A stretch of 64,000 nucleotides of DNA from an uncultured bacterium (GCA_964624625.1 CAZUXW010000003.1:1728-65727), one strand, 5' to 3'; numbered from the stretch's first letter, positions 1-9,044 are shown. A program made the numbers and translations. The notes: generated from the sequence alone by a model not told the origin.

Positions 1-368
1 TGGCGCAACCCTCTCCCACCGCGCAGCCGGGAGGATCAAGGAAAACCGAACGGTAATAGGCCTTCCGGTAGTAGTAACAGGTTCCCCGGAAACCGGCTGG
101 GGCCCAAAGAATCAGGAGGGCGGGAGACTGCAAAAGCGCCGGTAAAAACTTCAACCAATCAGGGTTGAAAAACGGCGAAAACATGGGGGATAGGTAGGGG
201 CCGTACTCATAATAGGCTTGACCGTTCGGCCCGAACGGGTGCAGACCAGCCCAGGTGGCGTAAATAATAAAGGAACCGAAAAGACATTGGTAAAATAACG
301 GCTCTAGCCACCAGGCGTCCTTTCGCTGGGTCGCGAAAAGGCCTTTTTCCGTCTTTACGTCCATTGCC
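1..368 (-). CDS. integral membrane protein, 5' part only (gene continues beyond the left window edge); family not recognised
   Basis: Minus-strand ORF starts at ATG 368..366, preceded by GGAGG (RBS). Translation: MAMDVKTEKGLFATQRKDAWWLEPLFYQCLFGSFIIYATWAGLHPF...GTCYYYRKAYYRS. Hydrophobic and aromatic-rich. No stop before position 1. Confidence 0.4.
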
Positions 369-390
369 ATTTCAATCCTCCGTGGATCGT

Positions 391-475
391 AATTAGGAAT
401 TAGTATTTAGGAATTAGAAATTATTACGGCATGAAAAGATTTAAATTCCTAACTCCCAATTCCTAACTCCTAATT
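391..475. repeat. imperfect inverted repeat made of 2 x TTAGGAATT(AG) and 2 x AATTCCTAA(CTCC), with a ~20 bp loop
   Basis: Left arm aattaggaattagtatttaggaattagaaatt (391-422); right arm aaattcctaactcccaattcctaactcctaatt (443-475), reverse-complementary motif copies. Sits between the fnr-like gene stop (478) and the start of the upstream membrane gene (368). Confidence 0.55.
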
Positions 476-477
476 TT

Positions 478-1470
478 TTAGAGTTTTAAGGAAGAGCTAT
501 GTCCAGGTTCCGCTTTTTCCCCGGGATTAATGTAGGTTTTGGAAAAATTAACCGCGATTGCCCCCTCCGCGAACCCCGTCGCGATCAGGTCCAGCTTGCC
601 CGGATGGGTCACGATGTCCCCCGCGGCGTAAATACCGGGAACATTGGTTTCCATCCTGTGGTTGACGGGAATCTTGTTCTTCTCCAGGTTGATTCCCCAT
701 TCCTTCAGGAAGGAAAGGCTGGCCTGAAAACCAAAATTGAGCACCACAAAATCCATCGGCAGGGTTTCCTCCGCCATGGTGTGATTCTCGTAAATCACCG
801 CTTCCTCCACCTTGCCGTTGCCCTTGACGGTTTTGAGCTCGTGCCACAGTTTGACCTCAACCTTGGAGGCCTTTAGTTTTTGAACCGAGGACTCGTGGGC
901 GCGGAATTCATCGCGCCGGTGGACCAGGGTGACCTTGGCGGCGATCGGCTCCAGCATCAAGGCCCAGTCCAGGGCCGAATCCCCGCCGCCCACGATCAGG
1001 ACTCTCTTTCCCTTGAAGGGTTCCATGGAAAGAACTCCATAGTTCACTCCCTTCCCCTCGTAAGGAACCAGCTCGGGATTCGGGTGTTTTTTCGGAGTAA
1101 AGGATCCCATCCCGAGGGCCAACACCACCGCCTTGGTGTAATGCTTCGCCCCCTTGTCGGTGGTCATTTCAAACACGTTGTCCGCGGGACGCTTGACCAA
1201 AGTGGAAACTTTCTCCCCCAAGATGATGTTGGGGTGGAATCTCATCAGCTGTTCTTCCAGGTCCTGAACGAGTTTTTTACCCGAGACGCGGGGAAACCCG
1301 GCCACGTCAAATATATCCTTTTCGGGGTACATGGCGGAAACCTGGCCGCCGAGAGCCTCCATGGAATCGATGATCTTGCATTTCATGCCCCGCAACCCTG
1401 CGTAAAACCCGCCGAACATGCCTGTCGGTCCGGCCCCCACGATCGTGACGTCGAATATTTCCTCAGCCAT
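478..1470 (-). CDS. ferredoxin-NADP+ reductase, thioredoxin-reductase-like (FNR type 2)
   Basis: 330 aa. N-terminal FAD motif TIVGAGPTGMFGGFYAG, second dinucleotide motif VLIVGGGDSALDWA, C-terminal AAGDIV. Length and architecture are typical of YumC-type Fd-NADP+ reductases. Confidence 0.8.
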   Translation of the reverse strand: MAEEIFDVTIVGAGPTGMFGGFYAGLRGMKCKIIDSMEALGGQVSAMYPEKDIFDVAGFPRVSGKKLVQDLEEQLMRFHPNIILGEKVSTLVKRPADNVFEMTTDKGAKHYTKAVVLALGMGSFTPKKHPNPELVPYEGKGVNYGVLSMEPFKGKRVLIVGGGDSALDWALMLEPIAAKVTLVHRRDEFRAHESSVQKLKASKVEVKLWHELKTVKGNGKVEEAVIYENHTMAEETLPMDFVVLNFGFQASLSFLKEWGINLEKNKIPVNHRMETNVPGIYAAGDIVTHPGKLDLIATGFAEGAIAVNFSKTYINPGEKAEPGHSSSLKL

Positions 1471-1582
1471 GGCATCCTCCCGATTTCACTGCGATTTTTG
1501 GAACAAACTGGCTTGGTTGAAGCAAAAACTTTAACCCGGCGAAACGTTCTTCTTTATGATCTAAAACATAGAAGGCCTTCAA

Positions 1583-1610
1583 ACAAAAAAAACGAACCCG
1601 AGGTTCGTTT
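1583..1610 (-). terminator. rho-independent terminator downstream of the polyferredoxin gene
   Basis: Minus-strand RNA: stem ACGAACC / GGUUCGU with a 3-nt loop, followed by UUUUUUUU (plus-strand A8 run 1585-1592, stem 1592-1608). Confidence 0.55.
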
Positions 1611-1650
1611 CCATAGCTGACAACGGCTGGCTGAGGACTGCGAACGGGGG

Positions 1651-2139
1651 TTAGCGGTTCGGTTGGAAACTCATCAGTTCCGCCGGACGGGCTATGGTGA
1701 TGCTTTCCTTGATGCAGACGGTCTCGCAAAGCTTGCAGCTGACGCACTTTTTCTCGTCCACAACGGCGATCTTGAAAAATTCGGGGTGGTCGGTCCGGGG
1801 CTGCATGGAGATGCAATCAAAGGGGCAAATATCAACGCAGAATTCGCAGGCGGTGCAGGTCTCCGGATCCACCTTGGCCTTGGGGATCGCCAGGGGCTTT
1901 ATCTTTTTTACCGTCTCGCCCTCGGGATTGATGATGGCCTCGACGGGGCAATGGATGCCGCAGACGCCGCAGTCGATGCAAAGGGCCGGATCGATGTGGA
2001 ACATGGCTTTTTTTTCGCCGGCGATGGCCTCCGTTGGGCACTTCACCGCGCAGAGGGTGCAGCCAATGCAGTTGTCGAGAATGACATGCGGCACGATGAA
2101 ACCTTTCATATTCGCGGGGAAGCGTTTGCGGCGGCCCAC
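1651..2139 (-). CDS. polyferredoxin with four [4Fe-4S] cluster motifs
   Basis: Four CxxCxxCxxxCP-type motifs: CIGCTLCAVKCP, CIDCGVCGIHCP, CTACEFCVDICP, CVSCKLCETVCIKE. The ORF starts at GTG 2139; an alternative ATG is at 2109. Confidence 0.75.
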   Translation of the reverse strand: MGRRKRFPANMKGFIVPHVILDNCIGCTLCAVKCPTEAIAGEKKAMFHIDPALCIDCGVCGIHCPVEAIINPEGETVKKIKPLAIPKAKVDPETCTACEFCVDICPFDCISMQPRTDHPEFFKIAVVDEKKCVSCKLCETVCIKESITIARPAELMSFQPNR

Positions 2140-2361
2140 GAATCCTTCATCGCCCTCGACCTGATGAAATTCTTCCGCAGAAATTCATGGTTTGGTTAAG
2201 GGCTGAATCCTTTAAACAGCCTGATCAACGGGAAGCATTTTACCCAAAAGGCCCGGAAAAAGAAAAGGCCCTTCTCGTTTCCAAGAAAGGCCTTTGTCAG
2301 GTTCTAGGTGTTAGGTTTCAGGGCCTGGCAAGCCCTGATAGCTTGTGCCTGGCGCCTGATT

Positions 2362-3255
2362 TTAGATGTACTCTTCGATCAACTTTTTGCGCTGATCCTT
2401 CGTTAAACCCAGCTTCTGGATCTTCGCCAAGCCCTGACCCTGCAAAGCCGGGTCCGCGGCGTCGATGGAAGGCTGGGGATTCGGGTTCTTATAGAAAACA
2501 CCGATCGGAATCTGGGTTCCCCATTCCTTGGAGCGCTCCATTCCCGTGGCCCAATCGCCGGGGTTGTGGCCCTTGTCTTCCAGCTTGTAAACGCGCTCCT
2601 TGAACCAGCCAAAGGTGTTCTGCTTGTTGAAGGTGACGCAGGGGCTGAAAACGTCGATAAAGGCGAAGCCGGGATATTGAATGGCCTGGGTATAGAGGCT
2701 CTTCAAATGGTTGATGTCGCCGGAAAATCCGCGGGCTACGAATCCGCAGCCAGCCGCCAAGGCCAAGGCGATGGGATTGAGCTGGCCTTCCGGGTTTCCG
2801 TTGGGCGTGGACTTGGTCTTCATGCCCGGCTCGGAAGTCGGGGAAGTTTGACCGGTGGTTAATCCATAAATTTCATTGTCCATGACGATGTAGGTCATGT
2901 TGACGTTGCGGCGCATGGAGTGGATGAAATGGCCTTGGCCGATGCCGAAGCCGTCCCCGTCGCCGCCGCAGGCGATGACGGTCATCTCATGATTGGCCAT
3001 CTTGGTGCCGGTCGCGACCGGCAAGGAACGGCCGTGCAGGGAATGCATGCCGTAGGATTTGAAGAATCCCGGCAGGTTGGAGGAGCATCCGATGCCGGAA
3101 ACCACCATCAACTTCTCATTCGGGATGCCCAGTTCCGCCACCGCACGCTGAAGAACGGTCAGAACACCGTAATCCCCGCAGCCCGGACACCAATCCGGCG
3201 GTACTTCCGGTTTGTATTGCTTAGCTTCTCTCGCTACCAATGTCGCTGTCGTCAT
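2362..3255 (-). CDS. korB: 2-oxoacid:ferredoxin oxidoreductase beta subunit (TPP-binding)
   Basis: WCPGCGDYGVL motif and GDGD...MDNEIYGLTTGQ TPP-binding region. GGAGG sits 7 nt upstream of the ATG. The 2-oxoacid substrate is not determinable from sequence. Confidence 0.8.
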   Translation of the reverse strand: MTTATLVAREAKQYKPEVPPDWCPGCGDYGVLTVLQRAVAELGIPNEKLMVVSGIGCSSNLPGFFKSYGMHSLHGRSLPVATGTKMANHEMTVIACGGDGDGFGIGQGHFIHSMRRNVNMTYIVMDNEIYGLTTGQTSPTSEPGMKTKSTPNGNPEGQLNPIALALAAGCGFVARGFSGDINHLKSLYTQAIQYPGFAFIDVFSPCVTFNKQNTFGWFKERVYKLEDKGHNPGDWATGMERSKEWGTQIPIGVFYKNPNPQPSIDAADPALQGQGLAKIQKLGLTKDQRKKLIEEYI

Positions 3256-3295
3256 AATTTCCTCCTCAGGTTGTCCCCTTGCGGGGGATGAATGA

Positions 3296-5119
3296 TTAGT
3301 GAGCGGAAGCCGTCGTCAACACCCCAGGTCCCGGAGGATGAGGAGTGCGCCAACCAGGCTCGATCGATTGAGACTCGACCAAAGCTTTTCCCTTTATGAC
3401 TTCCTTGATGCCCTCGACGATGTGTTTCGGCTCGAAGGGTTCGCCGTCGTATTTACGGACATTGCCGTGGGCCGTGATGCCTGTTTCGGCGCGCAGATGG
3501 CGGGCGAACTGACCCGACTTGTTCATCTCCACGACGATGATCTTTTTCTTATTTTTCAACAGGTCGGTGATTTCCTTTTCCTGGAAAGGAATCAGGTACT
3601 TGACCGAGAGGTGGTTCACCTTGATTCCCTCTTTATTCAAGCGTTCAATGGCTTCGCTGGCGGCGCCATAAGTGGAGCCGTAGGTAACCACGGTGGTGTC
3701 AGCGTCCGCCGGGCCTTCCAAAACCGGTTTGGGAAGGGCGGCCAAAACACCCTGCATTTTGCGTTCGCGTTTGTCCACCACCCGCTTGCGGGTGACGGGA
3801 TCGGTGTAAACATCCGAGATCGTAACGCCGTCGTCATCGTGTTCATCGGTGGCCGAGACATACAAGTGGTTCGGCAGTCCGGGGATCGCCCGGGGAGAAA
3901 CGCCCGAGGGAGTATCTTTATAACGCAGGTAGGACTTCGGTTTACCGTCATCCTCAAAGATCATTTCGCCCCGATCGATCTTGAACTCGCGGTCCAAGAA
4001 GGATGTTTCCAGGGTCATATGACCTTCGCTCATTAAAAGATCCGAGAGGATCAGGACCGGCATCTGGAACTTCTCGGCGTAGTTGAAGGCTTCTTCCATC
4101 GTGTTGTAGCAATCGGCGATGGAAGTGGGGGCGATGATCACGCGCTGGAAGTCTCCCTGGGAGGCTCCGATCGCCTGGTTCAAGTCGCCTTGTTCCTGCT
4201 TGGTCGGAAGTCCGGTGGAAGGTCCGCCGCGCATGACGTTGATCATGACGACTGGGATTTCCATGATGGAAGCCATACCGATCGCCTCGGTCATGAGGGC
4301 GAATCCCCCGCCCGAAGTGGCGCACATGGCGCGCACGCCCATTTGGCCGGCGCCGATGGTCATGTTGGCGACGCCGATCTCATCCTCAACCTGACGGACG
4401 CAGATGCCCAATTCCTTGCCATGGCCTGCCATCCAGTGAAGAACTCCCGTCGCCGGGCTCATGGGATAAGCGCAATAGACCTTGCAGCCGGCGTTGGCGG
4501 CGCCAAGCGCGAGCATATTGTTTCCATGGACCATGGCCAGCTTGGCCGGGGTCTTTCCGAGAGGGTTCGCGATTTTTTTGTAAGTCTTGACCGCGAAATC
4601 GAACCCCGCCTTGGCCGCGTCAATGTTCGCCTTAACGACCTGGGGTTTCTTCTTAAAGGTGTGCTCAAACACGGAGGAGAGGGACTCGAATTCCAACCCA
4701 AGCAACCCCGTCAAGGCTCCGAGAGCCACGGTGTTTTGCATGATCGGAAGGGCGTCTTTACCCGCCAACTCAAAAACAGGAAGGGGGCAGAGCTGCACGC
4801 CCTCGGGAGCCTTGCCTGGCTTGACCTTGTCGCCGTTATAAACACAGAGACCGCCGCTTTTGAGTTCCTGCAGATGGCGGTCCATCGAATCCTGGTTCAA
4901 GGCGATCATGGCGCCCACTTGGTCGCCGACATTAGTGACTTTTTTGGTGGAAATGCGCTGGCGGATCCAGGAATGCCCGCCGCGGATCAGGGATTGATAG
5001 CTGGTGTAAACATAAACATGCAGGCCTTGCCGGGCGCTGGCGAGAGCCAAGTTATCAGCCGTGGAAGCGCCTCCGTCTCCGGCCGCTCCGCCGATTCCAA
5101 TAATAATTTCATTTTCCAT
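3296..5119 (-). CDS. korA: 2-oxoacid:ferredoxin oxidoreductase alpha subunit with an N-terminal gamma-like domain (fused gamma-alpha)
   Basis: N-terminus IGIGGAAGDGGASTADNLALASARQG is gamma-subunit-like; the rest is a large alpha domain (GxGQMGVRA..SGGGFALMTE). Start reassigned to ATG 5119 (MENEIIIG), with GGAGGA 7 nt upstream. The ORF-finder start at 5137 overlaps that RBS. Confidence 0.8.
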   Translation of the reverse strand: MENEIIIGIGGAAGDGGASTADNLALASARQGLHVYVYTSYQSLIRGGHSWIRQRISTKKVTNVGDQVGAMIALNQDSMDRHLQELKSGGLCVYNGDKVKPGKAPEGVQLCPLPVFELAGKDALPIMQNTVALGALTGLLGLEFESLSSVFEHTFKKKPQVVKANIDAAKAGFDFAVKTYKKIANPLGKTPAKLAMVHGNNMLALGAANAGCKVYCAYPMSPATGVLHWMAGHGKELGICVRQVEDEIGVANMTIGAGQMGVRAMCATSGGGFALMTEAIGMASIMEIPVVMINVMRGGPSTGLPTKQEQGDLNQAIGASQGDFQRVIIAPTSIADCYNTMEEAFNYAEKFQMPVLILSDLLMSEGHMTLETSFLDREFKIDRGEMIFEDDGKPKSYLRYKDTPSGVSPRAIPGLPNHLYVSATDEHDDDGVTISDVYTDPVTRKRVVDKRERKMQGVLAALPKPVLEGPADADTTVVTYGSTYGAASEAIERLNKEGIKVNHLSVKYLIPFQEKEITDLLKNKKKIIVVEMNKSGQFARHLRAETGITAHGNVRKYDGEPFEPKHIVEGIKEVIKGKALVESQSIEPGWRTPHPPGPGVLTTASAH

Positions 5120-5383
5120 TGAAAACTTCCTCCTCAAAATTAATAAATAAGTCGCAAAACCGCCGGGGATTTAAGTCCGTCATTTCTCAAGTTCATCCGT
5201 TTTGGCGAGAAAATGACTCGTCCCGCCTTTTGTTGGATTCGGAATGCATCCTCAACCTTGGCAGGAAAAGCATGATACCCGTTGGAGCTTGGAATTCGCA
5301 ACACTTTTGAGGAATAACCAACCTGGAAAATCATTAAAATGAAGGGTATTTCAGCGGGTTGAAGTTCCCCGGAAGCGGTGATT

Positions 5384-5819
5384 TTATGAAACTTTTACCG
5401 CTATTTTCCCGAAAAAGTTCCGGTCCAACCTGCATTGTTGGGCTTCCTTGGTTTGGTCCAGTGAAAAAATTTTACCCACCACTGGTTTCAAACGGCCTTC
5501 TTCCGCCCATTGAACGGCTTTTTTCAACCCGGCCAAGGACTCCATGTAATTGCCGAAGATCGACCGGTTTTTAGAAAACAGAGCCCCCAGGTTCAAGTTG
5601 ATGTCCGGCCCCGAGGTGGATCCGCAGTTCCCCAACCGTCCCCCGGGAGCCAGGCAGCGGAGGGATTGGACAAAAACTTCAGGGCCAATAGGCTCAAAGG
5701 CCTCCTCGACGCCCTGGGCGGTTAATTCCCCCCGCCCAAGCCCCGGGCTCGGGCGACGGCAGGTCCAGGGATTTTAAAACTTCAAAACCACCCTGTTGTT
5801 CGAAAACGACGGCTTTCAT
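5384..5819 (-). pseudogene. decayed quinone oxidoreductase / zinc-ADH-family remnant (frameshifted, internally deleted)
   Basis: ATG at 5819 gives MKAVVFEQQGGFEVLKSLDLPSPEPG (canonical QOR N-terminus), then runs into a stop. The +1 frame continues ...GELTAQGVEEAFEPIGPEVFVQSLRCLAPGGRLGNCGSTSG...FGKIAVKVS (QOR C-terminal region). Total span ~145 codons against ~325 for intact members, so the Rossmann/GxGxxG region is missing. The frame switch lies at a GGGCGGGGGG tract (~5722-5735). Confidence 0.6.
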
Positions 5820-5825
5820 GGGGGG

Positions 5826-6707
5826 TTATTTCGACGCCTCGGCGTTGTCCAGGAGGGCGGTGGATTTGGCCTGGTCCAGCTTTAAACCTTTTCCATAAAC
5901 CTCAACCGCGACCAAACCCTTGCCCCTGGCGTAGTAGGAAATAATGGTGGAGGATTTTGTTTTTTCCGTGACGATGACGCAATCCGGGTAGATTTTTTGG
6001 TAGACCTGGGCCTGTCCAAAGGAAGCCTTAAAATAATTTCCCCCGCCCATCCAGCGGGCAACCGCCCCCTTGGCTGGAAATTGAAAAACAAAGTCATCGG
6101 TAAGGGCCTGGTCGTCCGTGAAGGTATGGGTGACCTTGCCGCCCGAAAGGGAGTATTTTTCCAAAACGGTTTTCCCCTGATCATTGACTTGAAATGTGGC
6201 CTGAAGGGATCCGTCGGACGACGTTTCCTGGGCCAGGCATTCCACGGACCGGATTTTTTTCGCTTCCTCCCCGGGGGCCGCCTTTAAATACTCATAGGAC
6301 CACTTCGTCCCCTTGAGGGTGGGAAAATACTCGGCGAATAGCCCCAGTGACGCAACCGGAACAGCCGCGGCATTTTTCTTGGTTTCCGGGGAGGGAGTTG
6401 GGGTTAAGGCCGCCGCCGCCATGGTCGGAGTGGGAACGAGGGCGGGGGTTTTCACAACCGCGGGGGTCGGGGTGGATTGGGATTCGTCCAAAACCTTGAG
6501 GATGGACTGGGCTTGGGCGGAGGGGCCCGTCACGGCGTTGGAGGCGGCCGGCAACGACACGGGGGTCAGTTGGTCCAAGTCCAAGGGGGGGGGCAGAACG
6601 TCCATGCCGTCGCCTGTATTCAGCGGCACGGGAGGTTTCAATTCGTCGGCCCAGGCGCTTGGCATCCACAGGAGAATGATCGCGAGGCATATTAAGTTTC
6701 GATACAT
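5826..6707 (-). CDS. secreted protein with signal peptide and Pro/Thr-rich linker
   Basis: MYRNLICLAIILLWMPSAWA|DEL signal peptide; TPTPAVVKTPALVPTPTMAAAALTPTPSP linker; C-terminal globular part with no recognised motifs. Start taken at the internal ATG (6707). Confidence 0.55.
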   Translation of the reverse strand: MYRNLICLAIILLWMPSAWADELKPPVPLNTGDGMDVLPPPLDLDQLTPVSLPAASNAVTGPSAQAQSILKVLDESQSTPTPAVVKTPALVPTPTMAAAALTPTPSPETKKNAAAVPVASLGLFAEYFPTLKGTKWSYEYLKAAPGEEAKKIRSVECLAQETSSDGSLQATFQVNDQGKTVLEKYSLSGGKVTHTFTDDQALTDDFVFQFPAKGAVARWMGGGNYFKASFGQAQVYQKIYPDCVIVTEKTKSSTIISYYARGKGLVAVEVYGKGLKLDQAKSTALLDNAEASK

Positions 6708-6838
6708 GGAACGGCCCCTTTGACGGAATGGTTGGAACACAAGAAGAACGGCTTCAATGCCCGAAAATTATATCCCCCGTTGTTTAAAAAGTCACTTTGA
6801 ACGGGGAGCCGGATAAACCCATGCTATAATCGGAAAAA

Positions 6839-8320
6839 ATGCGCCCTCGAAAAAATAAAATCCTTTACCGGACCCTATGGGGCGTCTTCTTCCTGGCGGC
6901 CCTTGGCCGCGCGTCCGAAACCAGGGTGGACTCGGCGGGTGGATTGAGCCTCGTTCTCTCGGACGAATCGAATGAGTTAAAACCGTTTATCTTCGGAAAC
7001 CCGGCAGGCCTTTCTTTCCTGGAGTCCCCCAACCGGTTTGACCTGGCGGGCTTCTGGCTTTCCCAATCCTCGGCGGCCTCCAACCTCACCAACTCTTTTT
7101 ACGGGACCGTCACGGACCCCCTTTCCACTTCCCTGGACTACCACGGCCTTATCCTGGAACCCTCGAAGGATTGGACCATCCAACTTGACGGGGATCTCCT
7201 CCATACCGAATCCCAGCCGGATTTCGGCGTCTTGGACCAAAGCCGTGACAGGTCCCGTGAACTTTTCCGCACTTCCATCAAAATCGGCGCCTTGGCCCTC
7301 GGCGGACAGGTTCAAGCGACCCAAGCCAGCCTGGCCTTGAAGCCGGGATATTTCGGAGCGGTCCAACTGGATTCGGGCCAGGGCACGGGCAGCGGACTGC
7401 TGGGAACCGGCGGATTGCTCCTTTCCTTCCCGGCCAATCCCCTGGCCCAGCAGAGCCGAGTGATCGCCGGGGGGATTTACAGCCGCGCCCTCATTCCAGG
7501 CCGTTCCAAGACGGACATGGTCCTGGAGGAGGCGGGACCCATCACGGTCAACCTGAGCCAATCGCTGCAGGAGGGCGACAGCCAAAGCTTTGGCCCCGAA
7601 ATTTATTTCGAGTCCCCCAATTCCCTTCAAGCGGTCCTTCTGGGCCGGATTTCCAACGGCGACATTTCCCTCCAACAGGAATCCTCCAACGATCCCCTTT
7701 TCAACCAGCCTTCGCACAAATACCAAAGCACCAGTTCCACGGCGGTCCTGGGCGCCCTCAAAACCAACAGCCCCCTTCAACGGTTGATGTCCCTTAAAAG
7801 CGGGGCTTCCTTTTTATTCCAAACCACCACGACGAGTTTATTCGATCCAAGCCAAAACCCGGCCGCCCTATCCGACAGCCAGACCTGGCAATTTCAAATG
7901 GGGACGGGTCTGGAGGGATTGGAAAAATACACGGTGGGGCTTCAGGCGAGACTGCAGGGGGTCAGCGGCGGATTCACGCCCGCCGGCGCTTCGGCCGAGC
8001 CGGTCAATTTCTTCAGTTATCAGCTCAGTCTAGGCGGGGAGCAATGGATTTCAAATCAATGGGCTTTCCGGGCGGGAATCATCTACGAGAACGACATCAA
8101 TGCCGGGGCTTCTTCCTACCCCTCGGGTATTTTTACCGTCCCCAGCGGCCAGCGCGTCGTCTCAACCGCCATCACCGCCGGCGCAGGCTATAAAAACTCA
8201 AGCTTCAAAGCCGATCTGGGTTTCTTTTTTGACCAGCCCTATGTTTACGACAGCCCCAACCCGGATGATTTCATGACGCAAATCGGGATCCAACTTTCCC
8301 TTTCCTTGTTATTGGAGTAG
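6839..8320 (+). CDS. secreted / putative outer-membrane protein (hypothetical)
   Basis: 493 aa with an N-terminal signal-like segment LWGVFFLAALGRASE. Gly/Ser/Gln/Leu-rich with alternating amphipathic stretches. No recognised catalytic motifs. Confidence 0.45.
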   Translation: MRPRKNKILYRTLWGVFFLAALGRASETRVDSAGGLSLVLSDESNELKPFIFGNPAGLSFLESPNRFDLAGFWLSQSSAASNLTNSFYGTVTDPLSTSLDYHGLILEPSKDWTIQLDGDLLHTESQPDFGVLDQSRDRSRELFRTSIKIGALALGGQVQATQASLALKPGYFGAVQLDSGQGTGSGLLGTGGLLLSFPANPLAQQSRVIAGGIYSRALIPGRSKTDMVLEEAGPITVNLSQSLQEGDSQSFGPEIYFESPNSLQAVLLGRISNGDISLQQESSNDPLFNQPSHKYQSTSSTAVLGALKTNSPLQRLMSLKSGASFLFQTTTTSLFDPSQNPAALSDSQTWQFQMGTGLEGLEKYTVGLQARLQGVSGGFTPAGASAEPVNFFSYQLSLGGEQWISNQWAFRAGIIYENDINAGASSYPSGIFTVPSGQRVVSTAITAGAGYKNSSFKADLGFFFDQPYVYDSPNPDDFMTQIGIQLSLSLLLE

Positions 8321-8332
8321 TCCTCTGCCTGT

Positions 8333-8369
8333 CCCGGAGAAGGTCATTACACTCCGGGTTTAAAATAAA
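8333..8369 (+). terminator. rho-independent terminator
   Basis: Stem CCCGGAG (8333-8339) / CTCCGGG (8352-8358), 12-nt loop, followed by TTTAAAATAAA. Sits 13 nt after the TAG of the 6839-8320 gene. Confidence 0.6.
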
Positions 8370-8454
8370 CCAAGAATTTCCGCGATCCCGCCTCTTCCTC
8401 CCTCATTGATTCGGAGGTTCAATCCAGCGGGAAGCATTCAGGAATATTTTAAGT

Positions 8455-8916
8455 CTATTCGAATCCGTAAAAGGAATAGGGGACGGCTCTGGAGTCTTTG
8501 ACGGTGCTGTTCACGTACATGGATCCGTTGGTACTGTCATACAACCATCCGGTCGCGCTGGAGTTGGGGGTTCCGCCGTTCGTCGTCATGGCGACCACCG
8601 CGCCTGTCGGACTGACGGCCCCGGGAACGTAATAGCCCGATGCCTTGACAGGGCCTAAATAATCCAAATACATGCTGAATGAATAAGAGGGATTAGCGGA
8701 GAGGGTGGTGGGCCAAATCCCTTTTTGGTCGCTGTAATAGATCGAGGCGGCCGAATGGATGCTATTCAGGTTGCCCTTGGTTTGCCCTTCCTTGGATTTT
8801 TCCAGCATTTGCCCGAATCGGGGAATAGCGATCGCCGCGAGGATGCCGATGATGGCTACGACAATCATTAATTCGATCAGCGTAAAACCCTGAGAACCCT
8901 TTTGTGTGCGGCCCAC
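8455..8916 (-). CDS. type IVa pilin (prepilin-type N-terminal cleavage/methylation domain)
   Basis: QG|FTLIELMIVVAIIGILAAIAIP class III signal with Glu5. Proposed GTG start at 8916 gives a 10-aa leader (MGRTQKGSQG) and has GGGAGG 6 nt upstream. The ORF-finder start is at 8943. Confidence 0.8.
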   Translation of the reverse strand: MGRTQKGSQGFTLIELMIVVAIIGILAAIAIPRFGQMLEKSKEGQTKGNLNSIHSAASIYYSDQKGIWPTTLSANPSYSFSMYLDYLGPVKASGYYVPGAVSPTGAVVAMTTNGGTPNSSATGWLYDSTNGSMYVNSTVKDSRAVPYSFYGFE

Positions 8917-9044
8917 GAAGCACCTCCCAGCGCGACTTTCCAACTCTTATTCCCGACAAGGAATAACGACCCAGGAATATTTTATCCCAGTTTTGGCGGC
9001 AAACCCCGATAAATATGTCGTTGGATTGGCGGAAAAAGCTGAAA

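Noticed and set aside
499-1620. Plus-strand ORFs (499-876, 880-1620) and the minus-strand ORF 548-847 inside the FNR-type reductase gene.
   Set aside because: They lie antisense or out of frame within a well-supported gene and have high-GC-type amino-acid composition (Arg/Gly/Pro-rich). Typical shadow ORFs.
5558-5819. Treating MKAVVFEQQ... as the start of an intact quinone oxidoreductase gene.
   Set aside because: The frame hits a stop after ~41 codons. Family-like sequence continues only after a +1 shift, and the total length is less than half of intact homologs. Called a pseudogene.
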